Positions 1 to 8,288 of a stretch of 64,000 nt of DNA are shown in pieces. Made by a program: the position numbers and the translations under genes. The first letter of the stretch is position 1. Each line of letters starts with the position of its first letter. Under the pieces are notes generated by a model that was given only the letters and a program-made list of their open reading frames with translations, was not told the origin of the DNA and ran no database searches. This stretch comes from an uncultured delta proteobacterium (lineage in GTDB: Bacteria; Myxococcota_A; UBA9160; SMWR01), in assembly GCA_963832165.1 (NCBI GenBank), contig CAWHTE010000007.1:1002425-1066424 (forward strand), written 5' to 3'.

Positions 1-387
1 CGGCCCGTACACCGCGAGCACGCCGCGCGGGTGATAGGTGGCGCGCTGGCCGGGCGCGGCGTCCAGCGGCCGCACGAGCGCCATGCCCTCGGCGAGCGTC
101 ACCGCGACCTTCGACGCGATCAGGCGCGCTTCCGAGTCGGCATCCCAGCGCGCCTTGCCCACCTCGCGCGCGATCAGCTGAGTGAGCTCGTCGATCCGCT
201 CGGAGACGATCTGCGCGAAGCGCTCGAGCACCGCAGCGCGCGCGTCGGGGAAGGCGTCGCGCCAGCGCGGGAACGCGGCGCGCGCGCGCGCCACGGCGTC
301 GTTGACCGCGGCGGCGTCGGCCACGGCGAACCGGCCGACGACGTCCGAGGGATCCGACGGGGATACACTTTCGAGTGTTGCTGTCAT
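1..387 (-). CDS. astD: Succinylglutamate-semialdehyde dehydrogenase (aldehyde dehydrogenase family), 5' part; runs off the window edge
   Basis: Not in the ORF track. Manual translation from ATG at 387 gives MTATLESVSPSDPSDVVGRF...ARARAAFPRW...LIAREVGKARWDA..EA...YHPRGVLAVYGP, a typical ALDH N-terminus. Lies directly downstream of astA. Confidence 0.8.
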   Translation of the reverse strand, partial: MTATLESVSPSDPSDVVGRFAVADAAAVNDAVARARAAFPRWRDAFPDARAAVLERFAQIVSERIDELTQLIAREVGKARWDADSEARLIASKVAVTLAEGMALVRPLDAAPGQRATYHPRGVLAVYGP

Positions 388-435
388 CTCCACTCGCGAT
401 GGCGGGATCCCCTCGCTTCGCTCGCTCCTCCCGCC

Positions 436-1461
436 CTACGGGAGCGGCGTGACCGTCACCCGATCGCCCGCGGTGACGCCGAGCGCGTCGCGCGAGAGCT
501 GCGAGACGTACGGTGCGCCCTCGGCGTCGAGCGGGACCATCGTTGCGCGGAACCCGTGCCGGCCCATCGCCGCGACGAGCACGAGCGTCGCCTCGTCGGT
601 GGCGGGCGGTTCGCGCACGAGTCCGGGCAGCACGAGCTGGCGGCGCTCGTGCACCGAAGCGATCGCGTCGCGCGACGCGCCCACGTAGGGCCCGCCGTCG
701 AACGGATCGACCTGGTTCAGCCGGCGGAAGCCGATCTTCTCGAGGATCCGCAGCGCCGCCACCGCAGTGTCGTTCGGCTTGCCGATCACGGCCTGCACGT
801 GCTCGGGGAACAGCGTCGCGTAGACGGGATCGCGCGGGAACAGATCCGCGATGAACTGCTTCGAGTGCGACGAGAGGTGATCGGCCTTGCGGTAGGAGAG
901 GCCCGTGAACTTCGCCCCGAACGCGTCCCAGAGCAGGTTCCGCCCGGGTTCCACGAACGGCGAGAGCATCTCCGCGATCACCTCGCGCTCGAACCGGTTG
1001 GGGAACATCGACATGAACGCAAAGCGCACGATCGAGAGCGCCTTGCCGCAGCGCGCCTTGTGCCGCCGATAGGCGGGGTCGAGCACGATGCCGCCGATCT
1101 CCGTGGGGCCGTCCTCGGTCGAGCGCAGCTGGAGCTTCTTGTGCTCGAAGCGCACGCCGAGCTCGGCGCTGCGGCGCTCCTCGGTGGTGACCTCGAGCCA
1201 GAAGTAGGGCTTCCCCGGGCGCCCGTGCTTGGCCAGGATCGTGCTCGTGCCGACGCAGCGCTGGGCGTCGCTGTCTTCGAGCACGAACACGTAGATGCCC
1301 TCGCGCCAGTCGGGGAGCGATCCGCCGAACGAGCGCTGCGACGCTGCGATGCGCTCGGCGAGGAACGTCGGCTCTGCGGGCAGGTTCATCGAGTCGAGCT
1401 GCGCCGCGAGGCCGAGCAGCGCGTCCGCGTCGCGGGTCTCGATCGGACGCAGGATCAGCAC
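436..1461 (-). CDS. astA: Arginine N-succinyltransferase
   Basis: 341 aa; Y.FVLED, TEIGGIVLDP.YR, IAEM, FWDA-like 'LWDAFG', VDPFDGGP motifs of the AstA family. Confidence 0.9.
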   Translation of the reverse strand: MLILRPIETRDADALLGLAAQLDSMNLPAEPTFLAERIAASQRSFGGSLPDWREGIYVFVLEDSDAQRCVGTSTILAKHGRPGKPYFWLEVTTEERRSAELGVRFEHKKLQLRSTEDGPTEIGGIVLDPAYRRHKARCGKALSIVRFAFMSMFPNRFEREVIAEMLSPFVEPGRNLLWDAFGAKFTGLSYRKADHLSSHSKQFIADLFPRDPVYATLFPEHVQAVIGKPNDTAVAALRILEKIGFRRLNQVDPFDGGPYVGASRDAIASVHERRQLVLPGLVREPPATDEATLVLVAAMGRHGFRATMVPLDAEGAPYVSQLSRDALGVTAGDRVTVTPLP

Positions 1462-2825
1462 GCGAGCCCCCGCGCTTCTGCGACGCGGCGCAGCGCTTTC
1501 TCGAGCATCGTGAAGCCGCTCTCGAGCTCTTCGTCGGTGGTGTTCACGGGCAGGAGCATGCGGATCTTGGCCGGCTTCGCCCCGGCGCTCCAGACGAACA
1601 GGCCCTCCTCGAACGCGGCCTCCACGATCGCCTGCACCGTGTCGCTCGCGCCGTCGAACGGCACGAACGCGTGCATCGCGCCGATGCCCGAGTGCGCGCC
1701 GACCGCGCGCGGCATCCGGCGCCGCAGCGCATCGAATCGGCGCACCACGCGCTCGCCTAGCACGGTGATCCGGCCCTCGGCTCCGAGGTAACCCTCGGAT
1801 TCGAGCCGCTCGATGATGCGCGCACCCACCGCGAGGCCCACCGTCGAGCCCGCGTAGGTGCCCGCGATGAGCCCCGGTTTCGGGTTGTATCGCGACGTGA
1901 ACAGCGCGGCGCTGCCCTGGAGCGCCTTGCCACAGGTGACCACGTCGACGAGATCCTCGAGGCCGAACGTGCGAAAGCCGAACAGCTCGCCCGTGCGCGC
2001 GAAGGTCTGCACCTCGTCCACCCAGACGGCGATCTTCGCCGTGCGGCAGCGCTCCATGACGTTGCGGAAGAAGGATGGCGGCGCGGTGTGGTAGCCGCCC
2101 TCGCCCTGCACGAGCTCGAAGATCATGCCCGCGATCCGGCCGGGATAGCGCGCGAGATGGGCATCGATCGCCTGGACCGTGCGCTGCGGCGACTCGGGAT
2201 CGTGGAACGGGACGTAGAGCACGCGCCCCGAGACCGGAAGGCCCTCGCGATAGGCGGCCTTGTCGGTGATCTCGGCGAGCGCGAGTGTGCGGCCCGCGAA
2301 GTTGCGCTCGAATGCGATCAGCATGTCCGCTGGCGCATGCTTCTGGAGCACGACCTTGAGCGCGTTCTCGTTCGCGATCGCGCCCGAGATCGAGAGCCAG
2401 CCGTGCTTGATGTGCGGGCCCGCATGGCGCAGCAGTGCGCGCAGGAGCTCGGGGTACTCGGCGGCCGGCGCGAGATGTCCCTGGTAGACGCTGTCGCCCG
2501 CGGCCGCGACCACGGCCGTCTCGAGCAGGTCACTGTCGGAGTGCCCGAAGAGATACGTGCCGATGCCGCACACGAAGTCGAGCACGGTGCGCCCATCGGC
2601 AAGCCGCACGCGCGCACCGCGACCGCTCGACGCGACCAGTGCGGGCACCGCGAGGGGGCGTCCGCGCAGCCGCGCGATGCTGCGCAGGGCATCCTCGTAG
2701 GCCTTGGGCGAGAGCTCGCGCTCGCCGGCTGCCACGCGCACGGCTTCGATCAGTGCCTGCGCCGCTTCGCGCACGCCGGGCGCGTCGCTTAGCGAGCGCA
2801 GCGGATTTCGCTTCGAGCGGGCCAT
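1455..2825 (-). CDS. Class III PLP-dependent aminotransferase (succinylornithine/acetylornithine transaminase-like)
   Basis: FAGRT, ELVQGEGG, DEVQT and PLP lysine (CGK) motifs; overlaps the astA start; start set at ATG 2825 (MARSKRN). Confidence 0.85.
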   Translation of the reverse strand: MARSKRNPLRSLSDAPGVREAAQALIEAVRVAAGERELSPKAYEDALRSIARLRGRPLAVPALVASSGRGARVRLADGRTVLDFVCGIGTYLFGHSDSDLLETAVVAAAGDSVYQGHLAPAAEYPELLRALLRHAGPHIKHGWLSISGAIANENALKVVLQKHAPADMLIAFERNFAGRTLALAEITDKAAYREGLPVSGRVLYVPFHDPESPQRTVQAIDAHLARYPGRIAGMIFELVQGEGGYHTAPPSFFRNVMERCRTAKIAVWVDEVQTFARTGELFGFRTFGLEDLVDVVTCGKALQGSAALFTSRYNPKPGLIAGTYAGSTVGLAVGARIIERLESEGYLGAEGRITVLGERVVRRFDALRRRMPRAVGAHSGIGAMHAFVPFDGASDTVQAIVEAAFEEGLFVWSAGAKPAKIRMLLPVNTTDEELESGFTMLEKALRRVAEARGLAC

Positions 2826-3094
2826 TGCCAAGAGCGTATCGACCTGCCGGAAACGGGGCTTGGGGGTCCGTGCGGAACCCGAGACCACCTTTTCGAGTTC
2901 GCTCGCCTCGCGGCTCGCTGCGGGCGTGCCACTTGCTCAAGTTTGGTCGGCCTCGGGACGACCCGTTGGTGGTCATCGTGCGCGACCCCTCCGACATCCC
3001 CTCGGGCGCCGAGCCCCAAGAGTCCCGTGCCCTCGCTATCCTTCGCGGCGCGCGGACGCGAGAGGATTCTCGAAGCAGGGGGTACGAGGTGGAG

Positions 3095-3943
3095 ATGGCG
3101 CTACGCGACGCCGCGCTTCCGATGCGCCGGCGCCGTCGCGCCCTCGAGGCGCGCCCGCGCACCGAATCGCCGCATCTCGCGCTGCTGCGCGCGCCGCGAC
3201 GGCCCATGCCGCAGGTCCCGCTCGCGGGAGAGATCCGGGTCGCCACCTACAACGTTCACCGCTGGACGGGTTTGAACGGGCGAAGCCGGCCCGATCCCGC
3301 GCGCGCGGGCTTCGTGATCTCCGAGCTCGGCGCCGACCTGATCTCCCTGCAGGAGGTGTTGCGGCCCGATCGCGGTGACGATCCGCTCGAGGCGCTCGCC
3401 GAGGCGCTCGGCTTTCACGTGGTATTCGCGGCGACGCGCGTGCACAAGCGCGGCGAGATCGGCAACGCGATCCTGTCGCGCTGGCCGATCGCCGGCGTCT
3501 CGATGCTCGACCTCTCCTACAACCCGATCGAGAAGCGCGTCGCGATCGCGGCGCAGCTCCAGTCGGACGGCGCCGAGCTCGATGTCGTCGCCACGCATCT
3601 CGCGCTCGCCGACCGCACTCGTCAGCGCCAGGTGAGATCGCTGCTCGATCACCCGCGCCTGGCTCACACCCCGACGCTCTTGATGGGCGACATGAACGCG
3701 TGGCGGCAGTGTCAGGCCACTCGCGAGCTGGACCTCGCGCTCCACGACCATCACAACCACGAGTGGCCGGCTTCGTTCCCGGCTGCGAGCCCCGTGCTCG
3801 CACTGGACCGCATCTACGCGCGCGGGCTGCACATGATCGCGATCGAGGCGCACGACTCGCGCGCCGCGCGTCGCGCGTCGGATCACCTGCCCGTGATCGC
3901 ACGCGTGAAGCTCGAAGAGGGAAGGGCTCACCCCGCGGCGTGA
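3095..3943 (+). CDS. Endonuclease/exonuclease/phosphatase (EEP) family protein
   Basis: ATYNVH, LQEV, GNAILSRWP, THL, GDMN, LDRIY, SDHLPV motifs; start uncertain. Confidence 0.85.
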   Translation: MALRDAALPMRRRRRALEARPRTESPHLALLRAPRRPMPQVPLAGEIRVATYNVHRWTGLNGRSRPDPARAGFVISELGADLISLQEVLRPDRGDDPLEALAEALGFHVVFAATRVHKRGEIGNAILSRWPIAGVSMLDLSYNPIEKRVAIAAQLQSDGAELDVVATHLALADRTRQRQVRSLLDHPRLAHTPTLLMGDMNAWRQCQATRELDLALHDHHNHEWPASFPAASPVLALDRIYARGLHMIAIEAHDSRAARRASDHLPVIARVKLEEGRAHPAA

Positions 3944-3955
3944 TACCTTGGAGCG

Positions 3956-4906
3956 GTGGCCCCCGGAACCGCTCGCGGCTTTCCCCGCAGCGCGCGCCGC
4001 GTCGCGGCCGTCGCGCTCGGTCTCGCGCTGCTCGGCGCCGACGGTGCCGCACCGAACGCGCCGAGCGCTCCGTCCGAAGGGGAACGCCCCGCGAGCGGCC
4101 GCTTCCTCGTCGCCAGCGAACAGATCCGCGGCTCGGTCTTCCACCATTCGGTGGTGTTTCTGCTCAGCTACGCCGAGTCCGGTGCGATCGGACTGATCGT
4201 CAACCACCCCACCGACCTCGCGCTGAGCGAGGTGGTGCAGGGTGCCGTCGACGGTGCGGGTTGGCTCCACCTCGGCGGGCCTGTCGAGCTCCCGATGGTG
4301 ATGGTGCTGCTGCGCGCGCAGTCTCCGCCCAAGCAGGCGATGCACGTCGCGGGCGACGTGTTCGTGACGGTCGATGCCGCGCTGCTGCTCGAGCAAACCG
4401 GAAAACCTGGTAGCACCGGATCGGTGCGCGTGTACGCGGGCTATACGGGCTGGGGACCGGGCCAGCTCGACGCCGAGATCGCTCGCGGCGACTGGATCGT
4501 CGCCGATGCGCCGGTCGAGTCGATCTTCGACGACGCGCCCGAGGCGCTCTGGAAGAAGCTCCATCTGCGCCACCACCGGCTGATCGCAGGGCTGTCCGCG
4601 GTTCCGGTCCTGCTGCTGCTCGTGATGCTCGGCTGCAGCGGGATCGAGGGGGCGCGCCACTACCGCGAGGGCACGCAGGCGCTCGAGCGTGGGGACGCGA
4701 ACAGCGCGGTGCTCGCACTCGAGCGCGCCGCGGAGCGCGTGCCCGAAGCCTCCGAAGTGCAGAACCACCTTGGGCTCGCCTATCTCGCGTCGGGGCGCCG
4801 CGACGAGGCGCTGCGCGCGTTCGAGCGCGCTGTGGCGCTCGACTGCGACAACTCTGCCGCGAGCCGTAACCTCGCTCTGCTGCGCGGAGATCTGCGCGCG
4901 CCGTGA
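3956..4906 (+). CDS. YqgE/AlgH (DUF179) domain protein with C-terminal hydrophobic segment and TPR domain
   Basis: GRFLVAS, F..SVVFL, GAIGLIVNHP, GGPV, YAGYTGWGPGQLDAEI..GDW; C-terminal TPR pattern (NHLGLAYLASG...AL.AFERAVALD.DN). Confidence 0.8.
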   Translation: MAPGTARGFPRSARRVAAVALGLALLGADGAAPNAPSAPSEGERPASGRFLVASEQIRGSVFHHSVVFLLSYAESGAIGLIVNHPTDLALSEVVQGAVDGAGWLHLGGPVELPMVMVLLRAQSPPKQAMHVAGDVFVTVDAALLLEQTGKPGSTGSVRVYAGYTGWGPGQLDAEIARGDWIVADAPVESIFDDAPEALWKKLHLRHHRLIAGLSAVPVLLLLVMLGCSGIEGARHYREGTQALERGDANSAVLALERAAERVPEASEVQNHLGLAYLASGRRDEALRAFERAVALDCDNSAASRNLALLRGDLRAP

Positions 4907-4962
4907 TCGCGCTCCGCGGCCGCGATTTGCCGGCGGCGCGTGTGTTCATTACCGTCGGAGAG

Positions 4963-5409
4963 ATGTCACACGAGGTCGAGCACCGCACGCTCTCCCGCTA
5001 CCTCGAAGATCACCAGCTCAAGCACACGAAGCAGCGCGAGGCGATCCTCGAGATCTTTCTCGACGTCACGGGACACATCACGGGGGAGGACCTGTATCAG
5101 CGGGTGCGCGAGCTGCACCCCCAGATCGGGTACACCACCGTCTACCGGACGATGAAGCTGCTATGCGAGGCCGGGCTCGCGCACGAGCACAACTTCGATG
5201 GCACCACGCGCTACGAGATCGCGCACGAGCACCACGACCACCTGGTGTGCATCCGCTGCGGCAAGATCATCGAATTCGAGTGCGAGATGATCGAGAAGGC
5301 GCAGGAGCAGATCGCCGAGCGCTACGGCTTCCGCGTGCTGCGCCACCGGCACGAGCTCTACGGCCACTGCAGCAAGTGCCAGAACGAGCCGGGGCGCCGC
5401 AGCCTCTAG
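4963..5409 (+). CDS. fur: Fur family transcriptional regulator
   Basis: T.QREAIL, HITGEDLY, TTVYRT, HHDHLVCxxC and CxxC motifs; GGAG RBS before ATG 4963. Confidence 0.9.
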   Translation: MSHEVEHRTLSRYLEDHQLKHTKQREAILEIFLDVTGHITGEDLYQRVRELHPQIGYTTVYRTMKLLCEAGLAHEHNFDGTTRYEIAHEHHDHLVCIRCGKIIEFECEMIEKAQEQIAERYGFRVLRHRHELYGHCSKCQNEPGRRSL

Positions 5410-5456
5410 GCCGGCCGTCCCCCTTTTTCGCGCGCGGGTCGGGCCCCGAGCCCCGC

Positions 5457-5485
5457 TTGACAGCGGTCAGCGACCGCCGTAGCGT
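5457..5485 (+). promoter_or_regulatory. Sigma70-type promoter for the downstream operon
   Basis: TTGACA (5457-5462), 17-bp spacer, TAGCGT (5480-5485). Confidence 0.7.
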
Positions 5486-5492
5486 GGCCGCC

Positions 5493-5517
5493 GAAATTGA
5501 ATGTGATTTTCAATTTC
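5493..5517. promoter_or_regulatory. Fur-box-like operator
   Basis: AT-rich island GAAATTGAA-TGTGATT-TTCAATTTC with perfect 9-bp inverted arms; core TGAATGTGATTTTCA resembles the 7-1-7 Fur box; lies just after the -10 element and next to fur. Confidence 0.8.
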
Positions 5518-5580
5518 AGACCCCATGCTCCCACGAGGAGCGGCTTCCGGCGACGCCCGGAAGAGTGCGAAGTGGGCTGC

Positions 5581-5772
5581 ATGGCCAGAGCGGAGAAGAG
5601 CCGGAGCGAGCGGCACGACCCCAACGAGTGCCGCTGCCTGTGCGGCAGCCTCGTCGCTCGCCGCGTACCCACCGGCGTCGAGCTCAAGTGCCGGCGCTGC
5701 AAGCGCACGGTCGTCCTGCCGCTGCTCGATCTCACCCAGCCCACGGTTCAGGCCCGCGAAGCCACTCCGTGA
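5581..5772 (+). CDS. Small Com-like (phage Mu Com family) zinc-finger protein
   Basis: 63 aa; CRCLCGSLVAR...VELKCRRCKR resembles the Com pattern RCxxCxxLLA...EIKCPRC. Confidence 0.65.
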   Translation: MARAEKSRSERHDPNECRCLCGSLVARRVPTGVELKCRRCKRTVVLPLLDLTQPTVQAREATP

Positions 5773-5857
5773 GCGTCTCGATTTCTTCGACCCATCTGCG
5801 GCCAGCGGCCATGAGCCCCGAGCCCTGCCGGCTCCATCCGAGCCCGGAGCTCGTCTC

Positions 5858-7198
5858 ATGAAAGCTTCCCGTCTGATTCTCCCCACCCTGGCCGCGGCGC
5901 TGTTCGCCGCGGCGCCTCTTGCCGCGGCTCCGGCCGACGACGAGCAGATGGCCGGGGACGACCGCGTGTCGGAGCTCGAGCGCAAGGTCGAGCTGCTCAC
6001 CGACGAGCTCGCGCGCACGAAGCAGGACATCGGCGTCCCCGAAGAGAAGCCGCTCGAGAGCGTCCACGGGCTCGGGCCCGGAGCGTCGAAGATCTACAAC
6101 CTCACGCGGGGTCTCTCGATCGGCGGCTACGCCGAGGGCGGCTACACCGCGGTGGTTCACGACAAGCGGAAGTCCGGCGACACGAACGGCGCCGACTTCA
6201 CGCGCGCGGTGCTCTACGCCGGCTACAAGTTCACCGATCGGATCCTGTTCAACTCCGAGATCGAGTTCGAGCACGGCTCCACCGAGGAGAACGGCAGCGG
6301 TGTCGGTCGAGTTCGCCACGCTCGACTTCCTGATCCAGGACGAGGTGAACACGCGCGCGGGGCTCGTGCTGATGCCGATGGGCTTCCTGAACGAGATTCA
6401 CGAGCCGCCGTTCTACTACGGAACCCACCGCCCCGACGTGGAGCGCACGATCATTCCGAGCACGTGGCGCGAGGTCGGCGCCGGACTGTTCGGGCGGATC
6501 GCGGACCAGATCGAGTACAAGGTCTATGCGGTGGCGAGCTTGGACGCGACCGGCTTCGACGTCCAGCGGCATCCGCGGTGGGCGCCAGCAGGGCAGCGAG
6601 TCGCTCGCCGAGGATCTCGCCTTCGTCGGGCGGGTCGACTGGGAGCCGATTCCCGAGCTCATGATCGGCGGGTCGGCCTTCATCGGAAATACCGGGCAGG
6701 ATCAGTCCTTCGACGTCGATGGGGACGGCTTGACCGACGCAAACCTGCCCGGCGCGACGCTCACGCTCTGGGAAGCGCACAGCGAGGTCACGACGCACGG
6801 GCTGCGCGTGCGCGGGCTGTTCACGATGAGCCATCTGAAGGATGCGGGCTCGCTCACCGGGGACCTGCTCACCACGGGCGCGCTGGCTGCCGGCGATGCG
6901 ATCGCCGAGAACACGCTCGGCGGATACGGCGAGGTCGGCTACGAGGTGCTGCAGTGGATCGCGCCCAACAGCGGCTGGACCGTCGAGCCGTTCGTGCGCG
7001 CCGAGTACATCGACACGCAGTACGACATGCCGAGCGGATTCGACGCGAACAAGTCGGAGCAGTTCCAGGTCTACACGGTGGGCGTGTCGGCGAAGCCGAT
7101 TCCCGAACGTGGTGCTGAAGCTCGACTATCGCAATCGCGTGGCCCGGCAGGGACAGCTGGGCGACGAGGTGAACCTCGGGATAGGAGTTGTCTTCTAG
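5858..7198 (+). CDS. Outer-membrane beta-barrel porin (OprO/P-like superfamily), interrupted by three +1 frameshifts
   Basis: Signal peptide, N-terminal coiled coil, IGGY.E, R.VLY.GYKFTDRI.FNSEIEFEH, P.GFLNE.HEP, IIPSTWRE, C-terminal ...GIGVVF. Reconstructed across four ORF-track frames with shifts near 6300, 6561 and 7103. Confidence 0.8.
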
Positions 7199-7744
7199 CT
7201 GCCGTCCGAGCAATCGGCATCTCGATCTTCGCGGCGCTGTGCCTGACCTCGGGCACCGCGCACGCGAAGGTCTTCTTGAGCCGCAGCGAGGCGCTCGCAC
7301 TGGCCTTTCCCGATGCCGACCGCATCGAGGACGAGTCGATCCTGCTCGGCGACGAGCAGGCGGGCCAGATCGAACGGCTCGCGAAGAGCCGCCTCGAGTC
7401 GCGGCTCGTGCGCATCCACCGCGGCTACCGCCAGAACGAGCTTCTGGGCTACGCGATCATCGACGTGCACAACGTGCGCACGCTGCCCGAGGCATTCCTC
7501 GTGGTGCTCTCGCCCGAAGGTGCCGTGCGCAATGCTGCGCGTGCTCGCATTCCACGAGCCGCTCGAGTACATGCCTCCCGCGCGCTGGTATCAGCAGTTC
7601 GAAGGCAAGACCCTCGCTGCCCCGCTGCGGCTCGGAGGTGACATCCATGCCATCGTGGGTGCCACGCTCTCGTCGCGCGCCACGACCGAAGGCGTGCGCC
7701 GCGCGCTTGCGCTGTATCAGGTCGTGATCGCCAACCGAAAGTAG
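7188..7744 (+). CDS. Exported FMN-binding domain protein (ApbE substrate type), two +1 frameshifts
   Basis: AGGAG RBS then TTG 7188 overlapping the porin stop; signal peptide ending AHA-KVF; F.EP.EY...W..QF.GK; flavinylation-like motif HAIVGATLSS; shifts near 7205 and 7531. Confidence 0.8.
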
Positions 7745-7751
7745 GCCCACC

Positions 7752-8288
7752 GTGCGCTTCGTGATCACCGGAGAGTGGAACCGCAATCGCCTGCTCCAGA
7801 CGATCGTGGTCCTGTACAGCGTCTACGTCGCGGGCCTCTGGCTCACGAACGCGCTGCTCTATTTCTCGAAGATGGGCCTCACCCCGGCCTCCGTGATCAG
7901 CTACTACCGCGGGAACGAGGAGCTCTTCCTCTCGCCGCGCAGCTATCAGGGCATGCTCGAGGTGGCGCACTTCCACCTGTTCGCCATGGGCATGTTGCTG
8001 CTCGTGCTCACGCATCTGATGCTGTTCGTTCCGCTCAAGAACGGCACGAAGGCGTGGCTGATCGCGCTGCCATTCGTGGCCGCCGCGCTCGACGAGGGAG
8101 GCGGCTGGCTCGTGCGCTTCGGGCACCCTGCGTTCGCCTCGCTCAAGATCGCGGGCTTCCTGCTGCTGCAGGGGAGCCTCGCGGCACTGATCGGGCTGTC
8201 GCTGTGGTCGGTGTTCGCGGGCTCGCAGGCGGAGAACTACACGGGCGAGCTCGGCGATCTCTCGGATCTGGACGACATGCCGCAATGA
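7752..8288 (+). CDS. Multi-pass (about 4 TM) membrane protein with His residues in or near helices (AHFHLF...LTHL)
   Basis: 178 aa; four hydrophobic segments; 7 bp after the FMN-binding gene; ATGA overlap with apbE. Confidence 0.75.
   Translation: MRFVITGEWNRNRLLQTIVVLYSVYVAGLWLTNALLYFSKMGLTPASVISYYRGNEELFLSPRSYQGMLEVAHFHLFAMGMLLLVLTHLMLFVPLKNGTKAWLIALPFVAAALDEGGGWLVRFGHPAFASLKIAGFLLLQGSLAALIGLSLWSVFAGSQAENYTGELGDLSDLDDMPQ

Noticed and set aside
31..1791. Long ORFs such as 31..1791 (+), 10945..13602 (-), 37060..39111 (+) and 53193..55184 (-)
   Set aside because: Arg/Ala-rich shadow frames of real genes in high-GC DNA, with no motifs or RBS
1..2825. Arginine succinyltransferase genes as a novel system, or linked to the LysW-like gene
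   Set aside because: Standard aminotransferase-astA-astD order; the LysW-like protein lacks the terminal Glu and no ligase gene is present
5581..5772. Com-like gene as evidence for a Mu-like prophage
   Set aside because: No mom, transposase, structural genes or compositional shift nearby
6290..7540. Programmed frameshifting or phase variation in the porin operon
   Set aside because: The sites are not slippery heptamers or long homopolymers, and five independent shifts would abolish expression
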